Part shown: one piece after another, positions 1-9,382 of the stretch | How positions within the stretch are numbered: position 1 is the stretch's first letter | Layout of the letters: the number at the start of each line of letters is the position of its first letter | From: Candidatus Krumholzibacteriota bacterium | GTDB taxonomy: Bacteria > Krumholzibacteriota > Krumholzibacteriia > LZORAL124-64-63 | Length of the DNA: 19,328 bases | Direction: 5' to 3' | Assembly (NCBI GenBank): GCA_039714075.1 | Contig: JBDLKA010000067.1 | Location: 1 to 19,328, forward strand | Position numbers and translations under genes: made by a program | The notes under the pieces: generated by a model | Databases searched by the model: none | What the model was told of the DNA's origin: nothing | Seen by the model: only the letters and a program-made list of their open reading frames with translations

Positions 1-217
1 GCCCACGGGTCTTTCGGAACTGGCCGGCCTGGGATGGTTGGTCGTTTACGCGGGTCTGGCGGTGGTCGTGGGCAATCTCTTCGCCTCGACCTGGGGCAAG
101 TCCACGAGTGACGTCAATCCCTGGGGCGCGGCGACATTGGAGTGGAAGACGACCACGCCGCCGCCGGAGGGCAACTTTGCGGAAGTTCCTGAAACGGATG
201 GGCTCTACCGGTATTAA
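1..217 (+). CDS. ctaD: 3' end (partial) of a probable heme-copper (cytochrome c) oxidase subunit I or a paralog
   Basis: Not in the ORF track. The frame starting at nt 2 reads PTGLSELAGLGWLVVYAGLAVVVGNLFASTWGKSTSDVNPWGAATLEWKTTTPPPEGNFAEVPETDGLYRY* (TAA 215-217). This is a hydrophobic helix followed by NPW-x4-LEW-x4-PPP-x2-NF, the typical C-terminal signature of A-type oxidase subunit I. The catalytic His residues lie outside the window. Confidence 0.7.
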   Translation, partial: PTGLSELAGLGWLVVYAGLAVVVGNLFASTWGKSTSDVNPWGAATLEWKTTTPPPEGNFAEVPETDGLYRY

Positions 218-485
218 GGCAACCAGGGATCCCAGGGATACATATCACGTTTGTATTTTCATGGCCTCCCACTGTACTTGCCCGCCAACTGGAAAGAGGG
301 CGGTTTTTGGACGTCTGGTTTCGAAAATTATCCCCTGCCTCTCCGCCCAAGTTGGCCTCCCTTTGATTCAAATTTGAACCCGCTGCCGCCGAACATGTTA
401 TCCATCATGGCGGAGGCAAGGTTGTGTCAGGGCCCCGGATTTCCTATCAAAGAGACCATCTCTTCCCGGAAAAGGAGCCCTGTCC

Positions 486-1472
486 ATGATTCCCCATTGC
501 CTTCGACCCGGTGCTGCCAAGACGGATTCCGACCCGTTCCTTCTGGTGCTGACTCTGGCGGCCTTCCTTCTGGGCACGGTGTTCGTTTGCGATGCCTTTT
601 CCCAGGATGCACCTACCTGTCTCGGCAACGACGAAAACTGGGTTTTCTGCACCGGATTCGAGGAGGGAAACCTGGATCTGTGGGATGACTATGACGGCAA
701 TCCTCCCGAGACCAACACCCTGGTGCCGCATCCCGGTCCCTTTGGGCGCGAGGGCAACACCGTCATGAGATTGCGCGCGCCCGAGGGCAGGGGAGGAGCC
801 GATCTTGTCAAGGTCCTGCCCGGGACCTTCGACCGGCTCTATGCCCGCTGGTATGTCATGTGGGAACCGGGGTACGATTTCAATGCGAAGGGTCACGGCA
901 GCGGGCTTTTTGCCGGAGACAGGGATCTGATGGGGAATTCCGGCTATCGACCGGATGGAACGAACAGGTTCCTGGCGAGTCTCGAACCCCACGCGACAGA
1001 GCATCGATTGAATTTCTACGCGTACTATCCCGGGATGTACCAGGACTGCGTGGATCCCGAGGGCAGTTGCTGGGGCGATTCATTCCCCTGCCTGGACGAC
1101 AACGGCGAAACCTTTTGCACCGAGCCGCAACATCGTCCGGGTCCGCTGCCTCCCGTGCTGGAAACCGGACGCTGGTATAACGTCGAAATGCTCATGGATG
1201 GAGGAACACCCTCGCCCGACGGGTCGGTCGCCGATGGAATCCTCGACCTATGGATCGACGGCATGGAATACGGCCCCTGGGACGACCTTTGGTACCGGTC
1301 CACGTCCGAATTGAAGTTGTCGATCCTGTATCTGCGCCTCTGGCATCACGGTGAGCACAGCGTCGAGGGGATCCTGCTGGATGAGGTGGCCGTAAGCACC
1401 GAGCGTATTGGAACAGCGACCGTTCCGGCCCAGGCCGGGAGCTGGGGATCGGTCAAGGGAATGTACCGGTAG
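486..1472 (+). CDS. Secreted beta-jelly-roll (concanavalin/polysaccharide-lyase-like) protein with C-terminal SWGSVKGMYR tail
   Basis: 328 aa, RBS AAGGAG at 472-477. Hydrophobic signal-like segment (FLLVLTLAAFLLGTVFVCDAFS). Motifs FCTGFEEG, LYARWYV, GRWYNVEM, DGILDLWIDG and LLDEVAVSTERIG are typical of ConA/PL14-like folds. Enzymatic function is unproven. Confidence 0.6.
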   Translation: MIPHCLRPGAAKTDSDPFLLVLTLAAFLLGTVFVCDAFSQDAPTCLGNDENWVFCTGFEEGNLDLWDDYDGNPPETNTLVPHPGPFGREGNTVMRLRAPEGRGGADLVKVLPGTFDRLYARWYVMWEPGYDFNAKGHGSGLFAGDRDLMGNSGYRPDGTNRFLASLEPHATEHRLNFYAYYPGMYQDCVDPEGSCWGDSFPCLDDNGETFCTEPQHRPGPLPPVLETGRWYNVEMLMDGGTPSPDGSVADGILDLWIDGMEYGPWDDLWYRSTSELKLSILYLRLWHHGEHSVEGILLDEVAVSTERIGTATVPAQAGSWGSVKGMYR

Positions 1473-1519
1473 GCCAAAACTTTTTCTGACCAAATAGGCA
1501 CGTTCCCGGGGCAGGGGCT

Positions 1520-2224
1520 CTATTCCCCCCCCTCTTTCTGTCTAACCCGAATCCCGCGCAGCCTGGCCAAGAGTTCAAAGGACTCCTCATCCGCCTGGTC
1601 GAAATCAAAACGGTGCCAGTGCAGGGTCATGCGTTCAAAGCTTTCCTCGAGGGCGGCAAGGGCCGCGGGGTCTTTGCAATCGGCCTCGACCAGGCCCTTG
1701 TAACCCATGATGGCGTTGACCCGGCTCATCAGTTCGTCGGTCCGCGTAATGACGTCATCCTCGGCATCCTCATCGTGACACTTCTTGCACCGCTTCTTCA
1801 CCTTTGACACGAACATGACGTCCATCTCCATGGAGCCGTGGCAGGACGCGCAATGGGGGGCGTCGCGCTCACCATTGAGGGCCTGGAAGTGACCGCTGCC
1901 CAGGAAGGCTTCGTACTGCGAATCGTGGCACGATCCACAGACGCCCGGGATGTTGTCCCGCATCACGCTCTCCCGCACGCCCTCATGGGCGGTGTCCTTG
2001 TCCGTTTCATCGGCATCGCCACCGTGGCAGTCGGCGCAACCCAGCCCTTCCAGGCCGTGGACCGAGGTTTCGTAACCCACGTGATAGTCGTAATGGGCCT
2101 TGTGCTTGACCTTGAAAACCGAGGTGTTGTGGCACTCCCGGCACTGGTCGGCAAGAGCGCCGTCGACCAGGGCGCCACAGGCCGCGAAGCAAAACAGCAG
2201 GGTGATGGTGGATTTGCTGAGCAT
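1520..2224 (-). CDS. Periplasmic pentaheme c-type cytochrome
   Basis: 234 aa, Sec signal peptide ending ALA, RBS GGAGG (complement of 2231-2235). Five CXXCH motifs: CRECH, CADCH, CGSCH, CASCH, CKKCH. Extra His in SVH/SGH motifs are candidate distal ligands. The C-terminal region is heme-free and probably helical. Confidence 0.9.
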   Translation of the reverse strand: MLSKSTITLLFCFAACGALVDGALADQCRECHNTSVFKVKHKAHYDYHVGYETSVHGLEGLGCADCHGGDADETDKDTAHEGVRESVMRDNIPGVCGSCHDSQYEAFLGSGHFQALNGERDAPHCASCHGSMEMDVMFVSKVKKRCKKCHDEDAEDDVITRTDELMSRVNAIMGYKGLVEADCKDPAALAALEESFERMTLHWHRFDFDQADEESFELLARLRGIRVRQKEGGE

Positions 2225-2380
2225 GGTGGACCTCCCGAATCCGAGGATGACGTCCTGGATTCCGACTATAACATACCGGGTTTACAGTCGGATATCCGTA
2301 TTCAAGTACCGACTTGCGGACCGGATGCCCGGCCATTTCCGCTGCCGGGACACCTCATAAGACCTTGAGAATGATAACCA

Positions 2381-2408
2381 TAAATTAGGACCTCAATGTC
2401 CTGTTTTA
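2381..2408. promoter_or_regulatory. Imperfect 28-bp palindrome, candidate transcription-factor operator in the divergent cytochrome/narC promoter region
   Basis: TAAAttAGGACctcaatGTCCTgtTTTA has dyad symmetry (10 of 14 pairs). It sits in an AT-rich intergenic region just upstream of TTGACG (2412-2417). Confidence 0.5.
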
Positions 2409-2411
2409 TTC

Positions 2412-2440
2412 TTGACGCCTGAAAATATAAATGCAAGACT
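2412..2440 (+). promoter_or_regulatory. Possible sigma70-type promoter for the nar operon
   Basis: -35 TTGACG (2412-2417), 17-nt spacer, then a weak -10 AAGACT (2435-2440) preceded by TGn (extended -10). The -10 match is poor. Confidence 0.3.
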
Positions 2441-2497
2441 AAAATTCCTACTGAAATGGTATCTGTTTGAAATGAGAAACAAATCAAAGGAAGGGCC

Positions 2498-3352
2498 ATG
2501 TTCCGAGGAAAAACCCGATGGATGTCTGCGGTCTTGATTATGGGAATATTCCTCCTCATGGCTGGACCGGTTCAGGCCCAGGAAACCGGTGAGGAAATCT
2601 TCAACAGGATCTGCAAGGCCTGCCACACCATCGGCCAGGGCAAACTGGTCGGGCCCGACCTGGCCGGCGTCACCAAGCGCTACGACCCCGAGTGGATCAT
2701 CCCCTTCGTGCAGTCCTCCCAGACGGTGATCAAGTCCGGCGACCCGGTCGCCGTGGGGCGCTTCGAGGAATTCAACAAGCTCATCATGCCGGACAATCCC
2801 ATCAGTCGCAGCGAGGTCCTGTCGATCATCGCGTACATCGAAACCACCGCCGGCGACCCCTTGTCCGGTGACGAAGTTCGGCCCACGCCCCTGGACACGG
2901 CCACGGACGACGATCTGGCGCTGGGCGCAGCCCTCTTCCAGGGAACAACCCGACTGACGGGCGGGGGTCCGGCCTGCAACACCTGCCACCACGTGCATCA
3001 AGAGGATGTCATGGGCGGCGGCATACTGGCCAAGGATCTGACCAAGGTCGTCTCACGCATGCCCGCCCCCGGGGTGCAGGCCATTCTCGGCAGCCCTCCC
3101 TTCCCCGTCATGCAGCAGGCCTACGCGAATCATGATCTGACCGAAGACGAGATCTTCGCCCTGACCGCCTTTCTGCAGAAACTGGACCAGGAAAACGAGA
3201 AAGAGATCTACAGCACCTATGGAGCCCAGATCTTCGCCATGGGCGTCGTCGGGGCCATGGTCCTGATGGTGCTCTACGCCATGATCTGGATGAACCGCAA
3301 GAAGAAACGTGTTTACGGCGCGATCCATGACCGGCAGCTGAAATCCATCTAG
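2498..3352 (+). CDS. narC: Diheme cytochrome c subunit of respiratory nitrate reductase (NarC-like)
   Basis: 284 aa, signal peptide ending VQA. Two class-I cytochrome c domains: CKACH...VGPDL...IMP and CNTCH...FPVM, each with a Met axial-ligand candidate. C-terminal TM anchor followed by a basic RKKKR tail. First gene before narG, as in Thermus-type narCGHJI operons. Confidence 0.85.
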   Translation: MFRGKTRWMSAVLIMGIFLLMAGPVQAQETGEEIFNRICKACHTIGQGKLVGPDLAGVTKRYDPEWIIPFVQSSQTVIKSGDPVAVGRFEEFNKLIMPDNPISRSEVLSIIAYIETTAGDPLSGDEVRPTPLDTATDDDLALGAALFQGTTRLTGGGPACNTCHHVHQEDVMGGGILAKDLTKVVSRMPAPGVQAILGSPPFPVMQQAYANHDLTEDEIFALTAFLQKLDQENEKEIYSTYGAQIFAMGVVGAMVLMVLYAMIWMNRKKKRVYGAIHDRQLKSI

Positions 3353-3413
3353 CAACCCGACTCGGACGGGCCCGGTCCCGTGGGAATAAAACCTGAAAGA
3401 CGGAAAGAGAAAC

Positions 3414-6400
3414 ATGAGCTGGATCCAGGACATCATTTCGCCCCAGACCCGCAAGTGGGAAGAGTTCTACCGCAACCGTTTCCAGCACGACAAGGTCGTG
3501 CGCAGCACCCACGGCGTAAACTGCACCGGGGGCTGCTCGTGGCAGATCCACGTCAAGGACGGCATCGTGGTCTGGGAGACCCAGCAACTGGATTACCCCT
3601 TGCTCGAGGGCGAACTGCCTCCCTACGAGCCCCGCGGCTGCCAGCGCGGCATCTCTTTTTCCTGGTATCTGTACAGCCCCCTGCGGATCAAGTATCCCCT
3701 GATCCGGGGCGCCCTGATCGACGCCTACCGCGCCGAAAAGGAAAAGACCGGTGACCCCCTGCAGGCCTGGGAAAACCTCCAGAACGACACCGAGAAACGA
3801 ACCGCCTACCAGAAGGCCCGGGGCCGCGGCGGATTCCGGCGCATCCACTGGGAGGAGGTCATGGAACTGATGGCCGTGGCCAACATCCACACCGCCAAGA
3901 AGCACGGACCGGACCGGGTGATCGGTTTTTCGCCCATCCCGGCCATGTCCATGCTCAGCTACGCGGCGGGCGGCCGGTTTCTGCAGCTGTTCGGCGGCGT
4001 GAACCTGAGTTTCTACGACTGGTACTGCGATCTGCCCACGGCCTTCCCCGAGATCTGGGGCGAACAGACCGATGTCTGCGAAAGCGCCGACTGGTACAAC
4101 GCCAAGATGATCGCGGACATGGGGGCCAACCTGAACATGACCCGGACCCCGGACTGCCATTTTTTCGCCGAATCAAGGCACAACGGCACCAAGTCGGTGG
4201 TCTTCTCGCCCGACTTTTCCATGGTCAGCAAGTATGCCGACCAGTGGGTGCCCCTGCACGCCGGCAGTGACGGCGCTTTCTGGATGGCTGTTTCCCACGT
4301 CATCCTGAACGAGTTCCACCACAAGACGCAGACTCCCTACTTCATCGACTACGTCAAGCGCTACACCGACAGTCCCTTCCTGGTGAAGCTGGAGAAGGAT
4401 GGCGACGGGTATCAGGCGGGCCGTCTGTTGCGGGCGGACGAACTGCCCCAGTTCGCCAATGTGTCCAAGGGCGACTGGAAATTCGTCAACATCGATGCGA
4501 AAACCGGGGATTTCGTGGTTCCCAAGGGCAGTTCCGGTTCGCGCTGGGATGAAAAGCCCGGCAACTGGAACATGAAGTTCGAAAACGCCGTCGACGATGC
4601 GGCCTACGATCCGGTGCTCACCTTTCTCAAGGGCCACGACGCGGTCGTGCAAACCGAGTTCACCGAATACGGGCTGGACGAGAAGCAAATGCGCGGCGTG
4701 CCCGTCAAGTACGTGGAAACCGCCGAAGGAAGAGTTGCTGTCACCACGGTCTACGATCTGATCATGGCCCAGTACGGCGTGGGCCGGGGCCTGGAGGGCA
4801 ATTACCCCGAAGATTATACCGACAAGGACGCCGCCTACACTCCGGCCTGGCAGGAAGTCTTCACCGGCGTGGACTCGAAGACGGTGATCCAGTTCGCCCG
4901 CGAGTGGGCCGGCACGGCCGAGGTCACCGGCGGCAAGTGCATGATCATCATCGGGGCGGGCATCAACCACTGGTATCACGCCAACCTGATGTACCGGGCC
5001 GGAGCCATGGCCCTGATGCTCTCCGGCTGCGTGGGCAAGAACGGCGGCGGGCTGAACCACTACGTGGGACAGGAAAAACTGGCGCCGATGGATTCGTGGA
5101 GCAATCTGGCCTTCGCCAAGGACTGGCAGGGCGGGGTGCGTCTGCAGCAGGCTCCGATCTGGCATTACATGAATACCTCCCAGTACCGCTACGACGGTGA
5201 CTACACCAAGTACAACACGGTGCCCGACAACGAGATGACCAGGACCCACACCGCCGACCAGATCTTCAAGTCGGTGCGCAACGGCTGGATGCCGTTCTAC
5301 CCCCAGTTCAAGCAGAATTCCCTGGACCTGACGAAGGAAGCGCAGGCAAACGGGGCGACCGACGACCAGGGCATCAAGGATTACGTGCTGAACAAGCTGA
5401 AGTCCAAGGAACTGGAATATTCGGTGGGCGATCCGGAAGCCCCGGAAAACCACCCGCGCGTCTGGTATATCTGGCGCGGCAACGCCATCGTCGGCAGCAT
5501 GAAGGGCACCGAGTACTGCCTGAAGCACTACCTCGGAGCGCATTCGAACATCAATGCCCTGGACAGCGAGGAGCACACCAAGGAAGTGGCCTGGCCCGCC
5601 AAGGCGGCCGAAGGCAAGATGGACCTCGTGGTCGACCTGAACTTCCGCATGGATTCATCGGCCTTGTACTCGGACATCGTTCTGCCGGCGGCCAGCTGGT
5701 ACGAGAAGGCCGATCTTAACAGCACGGACATGCACTCGTTCATCCATCCCTTGTCCGCGGCCATCGCCCCGGTGTGGGAAGCCAAGAGCGACTGGGAGAT
5801 CTTCCGCAACCTGGCCAAGGCCACCAGCGAGATCGCCAAGAAGTACCTGCCCGAGCCGCAGAAGGACATCATCACCGCGCCCATCGCCCACGATTCGGTC
5901 GGTGAGATCAGCCAGGCCAATGTCAAGGACTGGTACAAGGGCGAATGCGAGGCCATACCGGGCAAGACCATGCACAACCTGGGCGTGGTGGAGCGCGATT
6001 ACACCAAGCTCTACGAAAAATTCTGCGCCCTGGGCGAAAACGTGAAGACCGGCGGTCTGGGCGCCCACGGCAACCATTACATGTGCGAGGGGGAGTACGA
6101 TGAGATGATCGACTCGCCGCATTTCCCGGTGGAAAAGGTTGACGGCAAAGTCTATCCCTCCATCAAGGAGGACGAGTCGGCGGCCAACGCGGTGCTGCAC
6201 CTGTCGTCCTTGACCAACGGAGCGCTGACGGCCCGGGCCTACAAGAACGCCGAGAAGAAAACCGGCCTGAGCCTGGCCGATCTGGGCGCCGGCAGCGCCG
6301 ACGTGCGCATCAGCTACGCCGACCTGCAGGCCCAGACCCGGCGCTATAACAACTCGCCGCTGTGGTCGGGCCTGATGCACGACGGCCGGGCCTACGCCGC

Positions 6401-7028
6401 CTACACCTACAACGTCGAAAGGCTGGTGCCCTGGCGCACCCTGACCGGGCGGCAGCACTTCTACCTGGATCACGAGATGTACATCGCCTACGGCGAGCAT
6501 CTGCCCACCTACAAACCTTCGCCCAAGCCCGAAGCCTACGGGGATCTCAAGGAGACCCTGAAGGAAGGCAAGGCCAAGGTGTTGAACGTGCTCACGCCCC
6601 ACGGCAAGTGGCACATCCACTCCACCTACGGCGACACCCTGCGGATGCAGACGCTGAGCCGAGGCTGCGAGCCCTGCTGGCTGAGCGAAGCCGACGCCGA
6701 GGAACTGGGCATCAAGGACAACGACCACGTCGAGGTCTACAACGATCACGGGATCTACTGCACCCGGGCGGTGGTCAGCTCCCGCATTCCCAAAGGGGTG
6801 TGCATCGTCTACCACGTGCCCGAAAGGACCCTGGGAATTCCCAAGACCACCCAGCGCGGCCGCAAGCGCGGGGGCGGGCACAACAGCATGACGCGGGTGC
6901 ACCTGAAGCCCAACTATCTTTGCGGGGGGTACGGACAGTTCTCCTACCACTTCAACTACTGGGGGCCCATCGCGTCCAATCGCGATTCCCACGTCACGGT
7001 CAAGAAGATGGACAAGGTCGTCTATTAG
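3414..7028 (+). CDS. narG: Respiratory nitrate reductase alpha subunit (Mo-bisPGD, FS0)
   Basis: 1204 aa. [15 protein letters not shown]...EPRGCQRG (FS0 ligands H, C, C, C), [23 protein letters not shown] (Mo-ligating Asp region), [12 protein letters not shown]. No twin-arginine signal, so it faces the cytoplasm. Confidence 0.98.
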   Translation: MSWIQDIISPQTRKWEEFYRNRFQHDKVVRSTHGVNCTGGCSWQIHVKDGIVVWETQQLDYPLLEGELPPYEPRGCQRGISFSWYLYSPLRIKYPLIRGALIDAYRAEKEKTGDPLQAWENLQNDTEKRTAYQKARGRGGFRRIHWEEVMELMAVANIHTAKKHGPDRVIGFSPIPAMSMLSYAAGGRFLQLFGGVNLSFYDWYCDLPTAFPEIWGEQTDVCESADWYNAKMIADMGANLNMTRTPDCHFFAESRHNGTKSVVFSPDFSMVSKYADQWVPLHAGSDGAFWMAVSHVILNEFHHKTQTPYFIDYVKRYTDSPFLVKLEKDGDGYQAGRLLRADELPQFANVSKGDWKFVNIDAKTGDFVVPKGSSGSRWDEKPGNWNMKFENAVDDAAYDPVLTFLKGHDAVVQTEFTEYGLDEKQMRGVPVKYVETAEGRVAVTTVYDLIMAQYGVGRGLEGNYPEDYTDKDAAYTPAWQEVFTGVDSKTVIQFAREWAGTAEVTGGKCMIIIGAGINHWYHANLMYRAGAMALMLSGCVGKNGGGLNHYVGQEKLAPMDSWSNLAFAKDWQGGVRLQQAPIWHYMNTSQYRYDGDYTKYNTVPDNEMTRTHTADQIFKSVRNGWMPFYPQFKQNSLDLTKEAQANGATDDQGIKDYVLNKLKSKELEYSVGDPEAPENHPRVWYIWRGNAIVGSMKGTEYCLKHYLGAHSNINALDSEEHTKEVAWPAKAAEGKMDLVVDLNFRMDSSALYSDIVLPAASWYEKADLNSTDMHSFIHPLSAAIAPVWEAKSDWEIFRNLAKATSEIAKKYLPEPQKDIITAPIAHDSVGEISQANVKDWYKGECEAIPGKTMHNLGVVERDYTKLYEKFCALGENVKTGGLGAHGNHYMCEGEYDEMIDSPHFPVEKVDGKVYPSIKEDESAANAVLHLSSLTNGALTARAYKNAEKKTGLSLADLGAGSADVRISYADLQAQTRRYNNSPLWSGLMHDGRAYAAYTYNVERLVPWRTLTGRQHFYLDHEMYIAYGEHLPTYKPSPKPEAYGDLKETLKEGKAKVLNVLTPHGKWHIHSTYGDTLRMQTLSRGCEPCWLSEADAEELGIKDNDHVEVYNDHGIYCTRAVVSSRIPKGVCIVYHVPERTLGIPKTTQRGRKRGGGHNSMTRVHLKPNYLCGGYGQFSYHFNYWGPIASNRDSHVTVKKMDKVVY

Positions 7029-7081
7029 CAAGGTCGTCTGCTGGATAGCGACGCGAAAACACGCTCATAAGAAGGGTCGGC

Positions 7082-8632
7082 ATGGATATACGCTCACAGA
7101 TTTCAATGGTCTTCCACCTGGACAAGTGCCTCGGCTGCCACACTTGTTCGATCGCCTGCAAGAACATCTGGACCGATCGCAAGGGCGCCGAATACATGTG
7201 GTGGAACAACGTCGAGACCAAACCCGGCACCGGGTATCCCGGCAAGTGGGAGGACCAGACCAACTACAACGGCGGCTGGGTCCTTAAGGACGGCAAGCTG
7301 AAGCTGCGCGCGGCGGGCAAGAAGAAGGGCCTGCTGAACATCTTCCACAACCCGAATCTGCCGGTCATCGACGACTACTACGAGCCGTGGACCTACAAGT
7401 ACCTGGACCTTATCCAGGCGCCGGCGGCCGACGACCAGATTACCGCGCGGCCCGTTTCCCTGATCACGGGCAAGCCCATGGACATCAAGGGCGGGCCCAA
7501 CTGGGACGACGACCTGAGCGGCACCCCCGACTACGCGCGCAAGGACCCCAACCTCGAAAACCTGACGCAGGCCGAGCAGGCGGCCATGTTCGAACTGGAG
7601 CGGATGGCCTTTTTCTACCTGCCGCGCATGTGCAACCACTGCCTTAATCCCGCCTGCGTGGCGTCCTGTCCTTCGGGAGCCATCTACAAGCGCGGCGAGG
7701 ACGGCATCGTCCTGGTCAACCAGGAAGTCTGCCGGGCCTGGCGCATGTGTGTCTCGGCCTGCCCCTACAAGAAGGTCTATTTCAACTGGAACACGGGCAA
7801 ATCCGAGAAGTGCATCCTGTGCTATCCCCGTGTCGAGTCCGACCAGGCGCCGGCCTGCATGCACTCGTGCGTGGGCCGGATCAGGTATCTGGGCGTGGTC
7901 CTGTACGACGCCGACAAGATCCAGACCGCGGCCTCGTCCGCGGAAGGCGACCTGGTGGACAACCAGCTGGACTGCCTGCTGGATCCCCATGACCCCGAGG
8001 TCATTGCCGCGGCCAAGGCCAACGGCATCGCCGATACGACCATCGATGCGGCCCAGAAATCGCCCACCTACAGCTTCGTCAAGGAGTGGGGGCTGGCCCT
8101 GCCCCTGCATCCGGAGTTCCGGACCATGCCGATGCTGTTCTACGTGCCGCCCCTGCTGCCGGTCATGGCCTCGCTGGCCAAGGTCAACCACGACGAGCGC
8201 GGCAAGAACCTGAACCCCATCGCCAAGCACTGGACGGACAACTGGCTTTACGACACCAGCACCGAGGAACTGTGGGGCACCCTGGAACAGTCCCGGTTTC
8301 CCCTGAAATACATGGCCAACCTGTTCACCGCCGGCGACGAACAGAAGATGGCCGGTCCGTTGAAGAAACTCATGGCCGTGCGCATCTACCGCCGCTGGAA
8401 AACGGTGGGCGACGTCACCGAGGGAAAGGCCCGGCAGGCCCTGGCCGACACGGGTCTGACCGAAGAGATGGCCGAGGATATCTACGCCATGACTTCGCTG
8501 CCCAAGATGAACCAGCGGGTCGTGATTCCACCGGCCCACCGCGAACACGCCATCGAGATGCTGGACAACACCGGCGATGCCAAGGGCAGCATCGGGTTCG
8601 GCACCCTGAACTCGCCGCAGAGGGGGAACTAG
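7082..8632 (+). CDS. narH: Respiratory nitrate reductase beta (Fe-S) subunit
   Basis: 516 aa. Cys clusters CLGCHTCSIAC, CNHCLNPACVASC, CRAWRMCVSAC (3Fe-4S type with Trp) and CILC...CMHSC. Also WNNVETKPG and LPLHPEFRTMPM. Confidence 0.98.
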   Translation: MDIRSQISMVFHLDKCLGCHTCSIACKNIWTDRKGAEYMWWNNVETKPGTGYPGKWEDQTNYNGGWVLKDGKLKLRAAGKKKGLLNIFHNPNLPVIDDYYEPWTYKYLDLIQAPAADDQITARPVSLITGKPMDIKGGPNWDDDLSGTPDYARKDPNLENLTQAEQAAMFELERMAFFYLPRMCNHCLNPACVASCPSGAIYKRGEDGIVLVNQEVCRAWRMCVSACPYKKVYFNWNTGKSEKCILCYPRVESDQAPACMHSCVGRIRYLGVVLYDADKIQTAASSAEGDLVDNQLDCLLDPHDPEVIAAAKANGIADTTIDAAQKSPTYSFVKEWGLALPLHPEFRTMPMLFYVPPLLPVMASLAKVNHDERGKNLNPIAKHWTDNWLYDTSTEELWGTLEQSRFPLKYMANLFTAGDEQKMAGPLKKLMAVRIYRRWKTVGDVTEGKARQALADTGLTEEMAEDIYAMTSLPKMNQRVVIPPAHREHAIEMLDNTGDAKGSIGFGTLNSPQRGN

Positions 8633-8635
8633 GCC

Positions 8636-9382
8636 ATGGAGCGGGAAATCTACCGCATGTTCGCCGCGGTCTTCGAGTACCCGGGACAGGATTATCCGGA
8701 CCGGGTCCACCGCGTGGTCCGGGCCCTGAACGAAACCTATCCCGAGGCCGGCACCGAACTGCAGGGCTATTACGACCACCTGCCCCACCACGACCATCCG
8801 GAGCCCCGGAAGGCCATGGAGGAGATCTTCACCCGCACCTTCGACGTCCAGGCCATCACGACCCTGGACCTGGGTTACGTGGTTTTCGGGGATGACTACA
8901 AACGGGGCGAGCTGCTGGTTAACCTCAGCCGCGAACACAAGGCCGCCGGGACCGATTGCGGCGACGAGCTGGCCGATCATCTGGCGAATCTGCTGCAGCT
9001 GATCGCCGCCCACGAGGACCGGGCCATGATGGCCGAGCTGGTGGAACTGATCGTGGGACCGGCCCTGCGCCAGATGGTGGGCGAGTTCGATCCTGCGCGG
9101 GTGGCGCAGAAGGAAAAGATGTACGTCAAGCACCACAAGACCCTGATCGAAACCGCCCGGGACCGCAACAGTATCTACCAGAGAGCTTTACGCGCGGTGT
9201 ATCTGGTGCTGCAGACCGACTTCGGGTTGCCCGACGTGACCGCCTCGAGCGGGCCGGTCATGGATTTCCTGGAGACGTTGAACAAGGAACTGGAAATCGA
9301 AAAAGACGAAGGCGTGCCCCTGGGGGGCTGCCAGTCCGACGGGGCCGAGCCCCCAGTCCAAAGGATGCCTGGATCATGCTGA
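8636..9382 (+). CDS. narJ: Nitrate reductase molybdenum cofactor assembly chaperone
   Basis: 248 aa between narH and narI. TorD/NarJ-family motifs FTRTFD, FGDDYKRG and ELADHL. RBS-like AGGGGG lies in the narH 3' end. Confidence 0.9.
   Translation: MEREIYRMFAAVFEYPGQDYPDRVHRVVRALNETYPEAGTELQGYYDHLPHHDHPEPRKAMEEIFTRTFDVQAITTLDLGYVVFGDDYKRGELLVNLSREHKAAGTDCGDELADHLANLLQLIAAHEDRAMMAELVELIVGPALRQMVGEFDPARVAQKEKMYVKHHKTLIETARDRNSIYQRALRAVYLVLQTDFGLPDVTASSGPVMDFLETLNKELEIEKDEGVPLGGCQSDGAEPPVQRMPGSC

Noticed and set aside
108..688. ORFs 108-377, 114-371 and 251-688
   Set aside because: They overlap the better supported oxidase tail or the 486-1472 gene and show no motifs or typical codon usage.
1525..1532. 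C8 homopolymer as a phase-variation tract
   Set aside because: It lies in the last three codons of the cytochrome gene, so slippage would barely alter the protein.
1520..2224. NrfA nitrite reductase
   Set aside because: Too short, and it lacks the CXXCK motif and other recognisable NrfA features.
2365..2378. FNR-like box TTGAG-AATG-ATAAC (a similar weak match lies at 363-376)
   Set aside because: Only 7/10 matches to TTGAT-N4-ATCAA in AT-rich DNA, which is expected by chance.
3414..8632. Nitrite oxidoreductase, perchlorate reductase or periplasmic pNar interpretation
   Set aside because: There is no Tat signal, and narJ, narI and two narK genes are present, which fits a cytoplasm-facing respiratory Nar. 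A phylogeny would be needed to formally exclude a cytoplasmic NXR.
8630..8638. narH and narJ in frame across TAG-GCC-ATG (possible readthrough)
   Set aside because: Tight spacing is normal translational coupling, and narJ has an RBS inside the narH 3' end.
8956..9375. 140-aa N-terminal extension of NarI in the ORF track
   Set aside because: It overlaps narJ in another frame and is low-complexity R/G/P-rich. NarI homology begins at ATG 9376.
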